From Thaumarchaeota archaeon UBA141 (GTDB taxonomy: Archaea > Thermoproteota > Nitrososphaeria > Nitrososphaerales > UBA141), in contig DAEN01000051.1 of the NCBI GenBank assembly GCA_002495315.1, positions 1 to 49,985 on the forward strand: a stretch of DNA of 49,985 bases. The letters run 5' to 3'. A program made the translations under genes and the position numbers. The notes under the pieces are model-generated. The model was given only the letters and a program-made list of their open reading frames with translations. It did no database searches and had not been told where the DNA came from. Below are positions 25,923 to 34,521 of this stretch, in pieces (positions within the stretch are counted from its first letter, which is position 1; each line of letters opens with the position of its first letter).

Positions 25923-26813
25923 ATGATGGAATGGCTGGTAGCTCCGGGTCCCGCATCAGTGGAACTGGCAAATACTGTCGGGAAGAAATTAGACGCGAAG
26001 CTTCTGGACGTCGAAATTCGGGTCTTCCCAGACGGAGAAAGTGTGATTAACGTAGTGGGTGAAGTAACCAATAAGCGAGTTCTTCTTCTGCAGTCTCTTT
26101 ATCCTCCTGTAGATACCCATCTGATCCAGGCTCTGATGTTGAGCCATAGACTCAGCCAAGACGGTGCTGAAGTCTACGTGGCTATGCCGTATCTTGGCTA
26201 TGCAAGGCAAGACAAAGAATTCGTTCAGGGAGAGATAGTTAGCGTTGGCGTCATAGCAAGACTATTGAGAGCCGTAGGAGTAAAGAGATTAGTTACTGTA
26301 GATATACACAGCATCGAAGGTTTGGGCCATTTCTCGTTTCCTACATTCAGTCTATCAGCATTTCCACTGCTAGCGGAATATGTGAAGAAGAATTACCGTC
26401 TTGAACGCGCTGTGGCAGCGTCCCCTGATTTAGGAGGATCAGCTAGAATTGAAGCCTTCGCTAGGGTGCTGGGAATCGAGCATTTTGTCCTAAAGAAAAG
26501 TAGAGATCGAAAGACCGGTGATGTAACAGTTGAAGGTGAATCAATACCTGAGCTAGATGGTAAAGACGTCATTTTTGTAGACGATATAATTAGCACAGGG
26601 ACTAGCATATGCAGAGGAGCGGAGGTGTTGAAGAAGTCAAATCCTAGATCTCTTTATGCTGTCTGCACTCATCCACTACTAGTTGATGGCGCTCTGGATA
26701 GACTGTACGAAGTCGGAATTAAAGAGGTGATAGGTACTAATACCATTCCAGGGCCAATTAGCAAGATCGATGTCGCTCCACTCTATTCTGAGTACTTCTC
26801 CTCAGTCGACTAG
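25923..26813 (+). CDS. prs: Ribose-phosphate pyrophosphokinase
   Basis: VFPDGES, YLGYARQDK and VDDIISTGTS (PRPP-binding loop). I prefer ATG 25923 over the TTG at 25908. Confidence 0.9.
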   Translation: MMEWLVAPGPASVELANTVGKKLDAKLLDVEIRVFPDGESVINVVGEVTNKRVLLLQSLYPPVDTHLIQALMLSHRLSQDGAEVYVAMPYLGYARQDKEFVQGEIVSVGVIARLLRAVGVKRLVTVDIHSIEGLGHFSFPTFSLSAFPLLAEYVKKNYRLERAVAASPDLGGSARIEAFARVLGIEHFVLKKSRDRKTGDVTVEGESIPELDGKDVIFVDDIISTGTSICRGAEVLKKSNPRSLYAVCTHPLLVDGALDRLYEVGIKEVIGTNTIPGPISKIDVAPLYSEYFSSVD

Positions 26814-27834
26814 AATAGAGAACAGCAGTCTCTTCTTGCTCTCTGGAGAAACAAATCTTTTACCTCAGGCAGAACTTCGTGCTTTGTTGGAGACATATGG
26901 AAACAATGACACTCAACTGTTCTTTCCTCACCCTAGAGTAGGAATAGCAACTAATTTTCACGACAGGGCTGGAGCAACGCGGCGTGGTGCCTTCATTCGA
27001 TACGGTGGACAACTGATTGCTATCTATTCTAGTAAGAGATTTGCTGAGAAATATTCAATGAATGACGTTCTCGGCCCACGACAAAGTTTCGCAGTACGCG
27101 TCGTCAGTCTGTCTGGTACAGTGGATACTGGTCAATGGGAGCGAGTTCTTGGCGAAAATTTGAAACGGAGTAATCCAAATTCTATAGTTAATCTCGATTC
27201 TCCTGAAGAATTGATCTTGGGAATCCTGTATGGCGATATCTTACTTGTGTCAAAATCTGTCGTAGATATGTCGAGCCGGCAATGGCGCTCTAGAAGACCC
27301 AGTGAAAGACCATTCTTTCATCCTAGTGCTCTCGAACCAAAATTTGGTTGTGCTCTGGTCAATCTATCTAGGATTAGAACTGATCAATGGCTACTTGATC
27401 CATTCTGCGGTACGGGGAGCATCCTGATGGAGGCAAACAGACTCGGAATCCAATCCATTGGTATTGATATTGCAGGCAAGATGGTTAGAGGTACTCTTGT
27501 TAACCTTCGTAGTTTCAACTTACAATCTTGCGGAGTTGTCCATGCAGACTCCACTCAACCTCCAGTTTGTGGCGTTGATGCCGTAGTGACTGATCTTCCC
27601 TATGGGCGGTCATCTTCAACGATCGGTCGGTCCACTGAAGATCTTGCCTTAGATTTCATTAATAGGTTGCCAGAAGTACTCCGATCAGGTGGACATGCTT
27701 GTATTGTTCACCCAAGCGAGTTGAATCTTGAATCGTTAGGAGAAATTGAACTACAAGAACAATATCAAGTCAGGGTACATAAGCGACTTACGCGGACTAT
27801 CTCTATCTTCAAAAATGTCGGTATATCCAGTTAA
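26770..27834 (+). CDS. THUMP-domain tRNA (guanine-N2)-methyltransferase (Trm11 / TrmG10-like)
   Basis: N-terminal LFLLSGETNLLPQAELRAL, SAM motif DPFCGTGSILMEA and motif IV VVTDLPYGRSS. Confidence 0.7.
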   Translation: MSLHSILSTSPQSTRIENSSLFLLSGETNLLPQAELRALLETYGNNDTQLFFPHPRVGIATNFHDRAGATRRGAFIRYGGQLIAIYSSKRFAEKYSMNDVLGPRQSFAVRVVSLSGTVDTGQWERVLGENLKRSNPNSIVNLDSPEELILGILYGDILLVSKSVVDMSSRQWRSRRPSERPFFHPSALEPKFGCALVNLSRIRTDQWLLDPFCGTGSILMEANRLGIQSIGIDIAGKMVRGTLVNLRSFNLQSCGVVHADSTQPPVCGVDAVVTDLPYGRSSSTIGRSTEDLALDFINRLPEVLRSGGHACIVHPSELNLESLGEIELQEQYQVRVHKRLTRTISIFKNVGISS

Positions 27835-27877
27835 GTGTGAAAATAGGCAAGAGTGACGGCATCTGGTAGAACTCAAA

Positions 27878-28780
27878 ATTGTCTTTCTTGGGACCTCTGC
27901 AGCAACTCCTACGTATAGACGCGGTTTGTCTTCTGTTGCAATTATTCGAGGAGACGAGCTCCTTCTATTTGATGCGGGAGAAGGCACACAAAGAGCTTTC
28001 CTGAGAGCAGGTATAGGTCTGAATAGAAAGACCAGGATATTCATAACCCATCTGCATGGTGATCATTGTATTGGCGTTCTTGGACTATTGCAAACTATGT
28101 CTCTTGCTTCCCGCGACAAACCAGTGGATATTTACGGCCCCAGTGGACTTTCAGGCTTCATTAGATCCAGTCAGAAGTACCTTCGTTTCGGCCTTACCTT
28201 TGATGTCAGAATAATTGAGATACGTCCAGGTCTTGTACTCAATTGCAAGGAATACGTAGTACGCGCAACTCCAGCTAGACATTCAGTACCATCATTCTCA
28301 TATTGTCTTGAAGAGAAGGAGAGACCGGGTGTCTTCTATCCCGCGAAAGCTAAGAAACTCCGCGTCCCTGAGGGAATTTTGTGGTCATCACTGCAACATG
28401 GTCATCAGGTCAAGATAGGCCGAAGAATTGTTCGCCCAGTTGATGTATTAGGTTCTCCTCGTCGAGGCCGGAAGATAGGTATTTCGGGTGACACTAGACC
28501 ATCAGCAAAGTTGCGAGCTTTGTTTAAAGCGTGTGACGTTCTTATCTTTGAATCCACTTATGGAGACGACCACCGCGACAAGGCAATAGAAAATCTACAT
28601 TCAACTTCACGCGAGGCTGGACAATTAGCAAAACAAGCGGGTGCAAAGCAGCTTGTTTTGACCCACTTTAGTGCTCGTTACGCTGACGTCAAGCCTTTGG
28701 TTAAACAAGCAAGAGAGATCCACGATGATGTAATTCCTGCAGAGGATCTCATGACTCTTCAAGTTCCTTACTTGGATTAA
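27878..28780 (+). CDS. rnz: Ribonuclease Z (tRNA 3' endonuclease)
   Basis: Has the HLHGDHCIG motif. The track ORF begins at TTG 27926, but in-frame upstream codons (open back to the stop at 27854-27856) read RHLVELKIVFLGTSAATPTYRRG. That is the conserved RNase Z N-terminal strand. Only CTG 27863 and ATT 27878 are available there as starts, so the 5' end is uncertain. Confidence 0.85.
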   Translation: MVFLGTSAATPTYRRGLSSVAIIRGDELLLFDAGEGTQRAFLRAGIGLNRKTRIFITHLHGDHCIGVLGLLQTMSLASRDKPVDIYGPSGLSGFIRSSQKYLRFGLTFDVRIIEIRPGLVLNCKEYVVRATPARHSVPSFSYCLEEKERPGVFYPAKAKKLRVPEGILWSSLQHGHQVKIGRRIVRPVDVLGSPRRGRKIGISGDTRPSAKLRALFKACDVLIFESTYGDDHRDKAIENLHSTSREAGQLAKQAGAKQLVLTHFSARYADVKPLVKQAREIHDDVIPAEDLMTLQVPYLD

Positions 28781-28828
28781 GGCATGTGCTAGCACGTTGG
28801 TGACTATTGTAGTCGCTATTCACATGCC
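28781..28828. repeat. Nested inverted repeats in a convergent intergenic region: GGCATGTG...CACATGCC plus the internal palindrome GTGCTAGCAC
   Basis: Arms 28781-28788 and 28821-28828 are perfect 8 bp. A 10-nt palindrome lies at 28786-28795. The structure starts 1 nt after the rnz stop. Confidence 0.35.
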
Positions 28829-28876
28829 AACTCGCGGATAATGATCGTTCGGATGGACGTTTATGGATATTGTTGT

Positions 28877-29281
28877 TTATTGCGGGACTAGCCAATCAAT
28901 CAAATCGACTATGGGATTAGCGGTTATTCTTAGAATTATCGGACCAAGAGGAGACTCACTAGCATCTTCACAAACTACAACTACGCCGACAGTTGCTGCT
29001 TGCTTATTCAAGTGCATCCAGGTAGAAGATTCGGTTGAATTTCTTAGCATTATTTTCCTGAATGCTGCACTTGTTCTACGTTGACGTATTTGTTCGTAGA
29101 TGTGGTGGAGTGTCCGCTCTTCTACTGAATGTGCTTCTAAGATTTCTTTATCATGCAGGATTGGGTCTAGAGACGGAAGGACATTCTTTATGGCATCGGC
29201 AACCTTGTAATGGTCTTCAGACGGATTGACTCGTGTCTGGGCAACAATGGCCACTGAACGGCCAAAACCTGGTATTTTCAA
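28877..29281 (-). CDS. UPF0201-type RNA-binding domain protein
   Basis: 134 aa. VAIVAQTRVNPSEDHYKVADAIKNVLP matches the UPF0201 N-terminal pattern. Paired with a UPF0200-type gene, as is common in archaea. Confidence 0.6.
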   Translation of the reverse strand: MKIPGFGRSVAIVAQTRVNPSEDHYKVADAIKNVLPSLDPILHDKEILEAHSVEERTLHHIYEQIRQRRTSAAFRKIMLRNSTESSTWMHLNKQAATVGVVVVCEDASESPLGPIILRITANPIVDLIDWLVPQ

Positions 29282-29282
29282 C

Positions 29283-29843
29283 CTACTTCATCCATCGCAA
29301 GAACAAGGCTCTTGCCTTGACGCGCAGAGATCTAACATCAGTGTTGTTATCAAGGATCTCATCAGCCATATTTTCGAGGTTACTGAGTCCGATGTTAATC
29401 TCTCGTTTATCTCTTTCACGAAAAAGTCTAAGACTTGGGGGGGCGTCTGGACGTGCGCGTTGTCTTAGGAAACGGTATCTTGTGGCAGGAGAAGCATGTA
29501 CTGCGAGAGTCTGCACTTTTCCAAATCTTTTGAAGAGATTTACTTCGTCTTCGCTCCTTACACCATCAATAACCAGATAGTGGGCGCGACTCCTTCTAAT
29601 CTTCGTGGCAGCTAAGAGACCTACTGCTTCCATTCCTTTTTCCTTGCGCATCTCTACCATTAGTGTACCTAGATTCTCGTCAGTCAGCTCCAGGGAGCGC
29701 CTTTCTGCTTCCTGACGTACTACATCGCCCATAACTACAACTTCAAAACCTAATGACTTCGCCACTGCTACTACAGTCGACTTTCCAGATCCAGGTAGAC
29801 CGGTAAGACAGACTATTAGTTTGGGTTTAGGCTTTACCAACAA
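29283..29843 (-). CDS. UPF0200-type P-loop kinase-like protein (dephospho-CoA kinase / NMP kinase-like)
   Basis: 186 aa. P-loop LTGLPGSGKST followed by MGDVVRQEAERRSLELTDENLG. Confidence 0.65.
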   Translation of the reverse strand: MLVKPKPKLIVCLTGLPGSGKSTVVAVAKSLGFEVVVMGDVVRQEAERRSLELTDENLGTLMVEMRKEKGMEAVGLLAATKIRRSRAHYLVIDGVRSEDEVNLFKRFGKVQTLAVHASPATRYRFLRQRARPDAPPSLRLFRERDKREINIGLSNLENMADEILDNNTDVRSLRVKARALFLRWMK

Positions 29844-30007
29844 ACGTGGCTTCTTTATTTGTGTTCTATCTGAAGCTTATGACCCTTTCGTGATTTCAAA
29901 AAACCATGGCGATAATTTCAAGAGTTTTTGAAGATCATTCTGGTTTGTGGATCTGCGCTTCCTGGATCGAAATACAAAATACTCTCGTCATGCAGTTCTA
30001 CGAGTAC

Positions 30008-30577
30008 ATGGTTCGCGCATTCATCGCTATTGAAGTTAACAACTCTGCAACAATTGACCGGATCGTGAAGCTCCAACAGGAACTGATGGCCTCCACGGAT
30101 GCAGACATTAAACCCGTTGAAAAGCAAAACCTTCATTTTACCATGAAATTTCTCGGTGAAATTTCTGAGTCGGAAATTTCCCAACACATCGAAAGCCTAC
30201 GCAAGATTGAGTCTGAGTGTCTAGATGTAGTCTATGAGGGACTGGGAGTCTTTCCAAATATGCAGCGAATGTCTGTGGTTTGGATTGGGGTCGGCGGAAA
30301 GGGGAAAGAGATGTTTGGGCGACTCGGAAAAAAGATTTTAGCTATTACGACGACAGCAGGACGAAGTGGTGATGCTGTTTTCGTTCCACATTTGACAATC
30401 TTGCGCGTCAAGAGTGGAAGAAACAAAGAGCGATTGATACAGGCGATCAACGCTTTGACCAGCGAGCGGTTTGGAAAAGACAAATTGACTAGTTTGAAAC
30501 TGAAGCGGAGCCAGCTTACTCCACGTGGACCAATCTATACCGACCTGTTTGAAATCCCATTCAGAGAGTCAAAATGA
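30008..30577 (+). CDS. thpR: RNA 2',3'-cyclic phosphodiesterase / 2'-5' RNA ligase (LigT/ThpR, 2H family)
   Basis: Two H-x-T motifs (HFTMKFLGE and HLTILRVK). I prefer the Met at MVRAFIAIEV (30008) over 29906. Confidence 0.75.
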   Translation: MVRAFIAIEVNNSATIDRIVKLQQELMASTDADIKPVEKQNLHFTMKFLGEISESEISQHIESLRKIESECLDVVYEGLGVFPNMQRMSVVWIGVGGKGKEMFGRLGKKILAITTTAGRSGDAVFVPHLTILRVKSGRNKERLIQAINALTSERFGKDKLTSLKLKRSQLTPRGPIYTDLFEIPFRESK

Positions 30578-31974
30578 GCTATTCTACTCTGGATAAGGTT
30601 CTGGAACGTGCCCGCCAGCTTGTAACTCCTTCAATCTTAGAGGAGAAGAAAGTTGCCCGCGTCGCCAATTTTCTCCTTACCCAGGTCCGCGAGGTAACTG
30701 ACAAATCAGGTCTAGATCTAGACCTGGTCATAGGTGGTTCTTATGCTAAAGGTACATGGTTACCGGGCGAAGCTGATCTAGATCTCTTTCTAAAATTCCC
30801 ACTCGACACCTCTAAAGTAGATCTGGAGCGCCAAGGAATCGCCATTGCCGAGAAAGCCCTCCACTCTCATCCCCGAGGTCTCCGTTACTCTGAACATCCG
30901 TATCTTGAAGCATGGGTCAAAGATATCAGAGTCAATGTGGTTCCTTGCTATGATGCCAAGAAAGGTCAGTGGAAGAGTGCAGCAGACCGATCTCCTTACC
31001 ATACCACGGTCATCAAGGAGGCGTTTGATCAATCGTTATGTCTGGAGACCCGAATTCTCAAGAGATTTCTCAAGAAAAGCGGACTGTATGGCGCCGAGAT
31101 CAAAGTACAAGGATTCAGTGGATACGTTTGTGAGGTCATTATGCTAGCCTACAAAACTTTCGAGGCGACTCTCAGAGAAGCCTCTGACTGGGAAGATCAC
31201 CAAGTGATCTTGACGGACCCATTGAAGAATGGTCTATCTGCAAATTTTATGAGTTCACTGATAATCCCTGACCCTGTCGATGCGCGGCGGAATCTGGGAT
31301 CTGCAATATCGGCAAGGAATGTAGCTGCTTTCACGCTTATTGCTAGTGACTTTCTCAAAAGACCACGATTTAGTAATTTCTCGTTCACTAACGCTCGAAA
31401 AGCTTGGTCGTCTTCGCAAAGTTCACCTATTCTTGAACGTCTGGTAATGGTCACTTTTCGTCACCACAAGGTGCCAGTCGACATCCTCTGGGGACAGCTC
31501 CGACGGACACTGCGCGGACTCGTCAGACAGTTGGAGTCACACGACTTCAAGGTCATGAGGGCAAACGTGGCGAGCGACGACCAGACCAAATCGGCGTTCC
31601 TATTTCTGATAGAATCGACTACCCTTTCGAAATTTAGGCGGCGGATAGGTCCTCATGCTCATCGCGGTGCTGACGCTCGGGTTTTTCTCAAAAAAAATGC
31701 TGGGAAGCTGCTGATCTCGTGGATTTCTGACGATGGCCGCATTATCGGCTTAACCGACCGCCAGTTCATTACCGCAGAATCAGTACTTCGAGAAGCCATG
31801 TCGGGATCTATCGCCCTAAGTGTGGCTGGTAATCTGAAGAGAGAGCTAAAACAAAACTTCGAAATTCAAATAGGTCGCCCTATCCTATCTCCTCAATACT
31901 CAAAACCCTGGCTTTTGGAGGCCATTGGAAATATTGTCTTTACAGAACGATTGCTCTCTGATCAACGTCGATGA
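30574..31974 (+). CDS. cca: CCA-adding enzyme (archaeal class I tRNA nucleotidyltransferase)
   Basis: 466 aa. Motifs: GGSYAKGTWLPGEADLDLFLKF and RSPYHT. ATGA overlap with the thpR stop at 30574-30577. Confidence 0.9.
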   Translation: MSYSTLDKVLERARQLVTPSILEEKKVARVANFLLTQVREVTDKSGLDLDLVIGGSYAKGTWLPGEADLDLFLKFPLDTSKVDLERQGIAIAEKALHSHPRGLRYSEHPYLEAWVKDIRVNVVPCYDAKKGQWKSAADRSPYHTTVIKEAFDQSLCLETRILKRFLKKSGLYGAEIKVQGFSGYVCEVIMLAYKTFEATLREASDWEDHQVILTDPLKNGLSANFMSSLIIPDPVDARRNLGSAISARNVAAFTLIASDFLKRPRFSNFSFTNARKAWSSSQSSPILERLVMVTFRHHKVPVDILWGQLRRTLRGLVRQLESHDFKVMRANVASDDQTKSAFLFLIESTTLSKFRRRIGPHAHRGADARVFLKKNAGKLLISWISDDGRIIGLTDRQFITAESVLREAMSGSIALSVAGNLKRELKQNFEIQIGRPILSPQYSKPWLLEAIGNIVFTERLLSDQRR

Positions 31975-32722
31975 CCTGGTTGCGGAGCCTTATGCCTCTG
32001 TTATCAGCTATCCAAAAGCCGATAACTCAAATTTGGATGACATACTTGCAGAGATCAAAACTCTAGGCGTCGAATCAATTATCTTTGAAGGCCCAACTAG
32101 GATTGGCGGTCTGGAAGTACTAGGAAAGGGATGTGTCGGTATAGTTGTAAAGGCTGTCTTGAATGATCGGATCATGGCGCTGAAAGTAAGAAGGGCAGAC
32201 GCTAACCGGCCTAGTATGAAAGCGGAAGCAAAGTTCTTGAGGATTGCCAATTCTGTTGGCGTTGGTCCCATACTTGAATCATACTCAAAGAATTGTATGC
32301 TGATGGAACTAGTTCCTGGCCAAAACTTGAAAGAATGGTTGTCGAAGCTCCATAGGAAAGAAACTGCGCCGTTGCTTCGTTCGATTGTTCGGGATATCCT
32401 TGACCAGTGTCGCCGATTGGACGATCGAGGGATTGATCATGGGGAACTATCAAATGCGAGTAAGCACGTAATCGTCGTTGATCGTCCCATTATCATCGAT
32501 TTCGAGAGTGCAAGCACCAAGCGCAGGCCTCGCAATGTTACATCTTGCGCTCAATATCTTTTCTTGGGAGGTTCAACATCCAATCGTGTGGCCCGAATCC
32601 TTAGAATCCTCCCTGAAGAACAAATAATCAAGGTCTTACGTCAATATGGATCTTCAGCTCAGGATGGGCCTAGTTTTGCAGAACTTCTTAGACGGCTGAA
32701 GTTGACTAAAAAAAATGAATAG
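31925..32722 (+). CDS. Atypical RIO/Bud32-like protein-kinase-fold protein (COG2112-type); start uncertain
   Basis: G-loop LGKGCVGIVVKA, Lys ALKVRR, catalytic-loop-like HGELSNASKHVIV and IIDFESAS. The TTG start overlaps cca by 50 nt. Confidence 0.55.
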   Translation: MEILSLQNDCSLINVDDLVAEPYASVISYPKADNSNLDDILAEIKTLGVESIIFEGPTRIGGLEVLGKGCVGIVVKAVLNDRIMALKVRRADANRPSMKAEAKFLRIANSVGVGPILESYSKNCMLMELVPGQNLKEWLSKLHRKETAPLLRSIVRDILDQCRRLDDRGIDHGELSNASKHVIVVDRPIIIDFESASTKRRPRNVTSCAQYLFLGGSTSNRVARILRILPEEQIIKVLRQYGSSAQDGPSFAELLRRLKLTKKNE

Positions 32723-32769
32723 AAGGAGCTGGAAAGTTGATAGGCAAGCCCAAAAAACCTGATATTACA

Positions 32770-32859
32770 GGGGCCGTCGTCTAGTTTGGTCTAGGATACC
32801 AGCTTGGGGGCGTCATGCCAAATTGCTGGCGGTCGTGGGTTCAAATCCCACCGGCCCCA
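32770..32859 (+). tRNA. tRNA-Pro(GGG): tRNA-Pro (anticodon GGG) with a 14-nt intron at the canonical 37/38 position; no encoded CCA
   Basis: Folded by hand. Acceptor stem GGGGCCG/CGGCCCC. D stem GTCT/GGAT with two G-U pairs. Anticodon stem CCAGC/GCTGG. T arm GTGGG-TTCAAAT-CCCAC. Discriminator A at 32859, followed by CTT. Confidence 0.85.
32810..32823 (+). other. tRNA intron (GCGTCATGCCAAAT) within a bulge-helix-bulge-like motif
   Basis: Central 4-bp helix 32804-32807 (TTGG) with 32818-32821 (CCAA). It is flanked by 3-nt bulges GGG (32808-32810) and ATT (32822-32824). The inner helix is weak (one C-G pair). Confidence 0.7.
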
Positions 32860-33123
32860 CTTATGTTTAGGTTCTGTTCTTACCGGCACGCGCTGTCGGA
32901 TCAGAGAAGATTCCTTTTCTTAACTCAAGTAGCCAGGAACTAGCACTGGGAGAGCCTAACAGGATCGATTCTTCCCTAGGGTTTGTGCGAGATCTCCACT
33001 GAAACGAATGCACAGAAACGTATAGACCTATCGAAGTTGTTTTTGCTCTTCTGGATAAGATGTCCGTTGAAAGATAACTGGAGTGGGGAACTATCGTTTT
33101 GATTCTCGGCGCGTTCAGCTAGG

Positions 33124-33133
33124 ATATATATTT
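33124..33133 (+). promoter_or_regulatory. TATA-like box (ATATATATTT)
   Basis: Centred about 27 nt upstream of GTG 33155. Confidence 0.4.
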
Positions 33134-33154
33134 CAACGCTGATTTTACGCGACT

Positions 33155-33439
33155 GTGGCTAAGAGACAGTTCACGATTGACATCGGAACTGAACGAATAG
33201 CTGTGGATGGATATGAACCGCGAGCCGTCGCACTCAAGTACTTGATGAAAAGGAGGCGAAGTTTATTGGTGACTCGGGACAAGGACAAGGTCGAGGTCCT
33301 ATATCTTGCATTGCCGCATTCCATTCGAATTGACGGTGCAAGATTGAGCAAATCATACAAAGTAAATTGGGAACGAATCGGTACTACTGAATTTGAGGGA
33401 GCGCGCTTCACTTTTACCTTGGAAGAAATGACAGGTTGA
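33155..33439 (+). CDS. Hypothetical protein, 94 aa
   Basis: An open frame with a well-placed TATA-like box. No recognisable family. Confidence 0.35.
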   Translation: MAKRQFTIDIGTERIAVDGYEPRAVALKYLMKRRRSLLVTRDKDKVEVLYLALPHSIRIDGARLSKSYKVNWERIGTTEFEGARFTFTLEEMTG

Positions 33440-33516
33440 TGATATCACTAAATGAACATCCTTGCTTTCCTGAATAATAATCTAAAGTTTGGTATATTGT
33501 CAAGGGGATATTCATA

Positions 33517-34506
33517 ATGGGTAAGACACGGTTTGGGTTGGCATTATCAAATAGACTGCCAGTAATAAATCCAAAAATCGATATGAAGCAATCGTTATTG
33601 GAACTTGGGGTCAATGCTGAGCGGAGTGGTGTTTTTGACTCTCTTTGGGTCGGAGATAATATCCTAACCAAGCCAAGAGCTGATCCTATTTCCATCTTGA
33701 GTGGATTGGCTGCACTTACTAGCAAAGTGAAGCTCGGTGTTGCCTGTATGGCAACTTTGGGTCTAAGAAATCCCATTTTCTTGGCGCAACAGTGGGCTAC
33801 TTTGGATAGATTATCCAACGGTCGAACAATAATGGTTGCTTGCATGGGCGGATCAGACGGTCAAATTAGTGGTTCACAAGAATTCAAAACCTTTGGACAT
33901 AAACTGAACGAAAGGGTAGCAATGATGATTGAAGGAATAGAGGTACTCAGGAAGCTCTCTAGTGAACAAGAAGTATCCTATAGTGGTCGATTCCATGTTC
34001 TTGACAAAGTTACAGTCGAACCCAAACCTGTACAACAACCATTGCCAATATGGATTGCCGGTTATCCGCAGGATCCAGAGATTGAAGAAAGGGCATTGAG
34101 GCGTATCGCAAGGCTTGCAGACGGATGGTTAGTGAATGTCATTAGTCCTGAGAAACTCTCCAGTCTTTGGAAGAAGATACAATCGTATTCAACTGAATAC
34201 GGTAGGACGATGCGAGATAATATGCTCTTTTATCATATCTGCATAGATGAAGATCAAGAGCGCGCCGAAAAGGAACTTTCGGCCTATGGTTCTGCCTACT
34301 ATTCACCCGCGTTTATTGACAAGATGAAGAAGAATGAATCATTAGATTTGTGGGCTTCGTATGGCAGAGCTGATGACTGCATAAAGGGAATAGAAAAGTT
34401 TGTGAATGCGGGTGCTAATTCTATCCTTGTCCGCTTTGCCACACTGGAGAAAACACAACGTCAAATGGAGATCTTCGTGAAAGATGTTGCTCCTTCCTTC
34501 CTGTAA
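33517..34506 (+). CDS. Luciferase-like monooxygenase (LLM) family flavin/F420-dependent oxidoreductase
   Basis: 329 aa. FDSLWVGDNIL ... LDRLSNGRTIMVACMGG fits the LLM pattern. Confidence 0.75.
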   Translation: MGKTRFGLALSNRLPVINPKIDMKQSLLELGVNAERSGVFDSLWVGDNILTKPRADPISILSGLAALTSKVKLGVACMATLGLRNPIFLAQQWATLDRLSNGRTIMVACMGGSDGQISGSQEFKTFGHKLNERVAMMIEGIEVLRKLSSEQEVSYSGRFHVLDKVTVEPKPVQQPLPIWIAGYPQDPEIEERALRRIARLADGWLVNVISPEKLSSLWKKIQSYSTEYGRTMRDNMLFYHICIDEDQERAEKELSAYGSAYYSPAFIDKMKKNESLDLWASYGRADDCIKGIEKFVNAGANSILVRFATLEKTQRQMEIFVKDVAPSFL

Positions 34507-34521
34507 CTCTATGTACTTTCC

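Noticed and set aside
32860-33516. Integrated element or attachment site downstream of tRNA-Pro
   Set aside because: There is no integrase, and I noticed no second copy of the tRNA 3' end by eye. Only a small hypothetical ORF follows. A computational repeat search for the last 20-40 nt of the tRNA would settle it.
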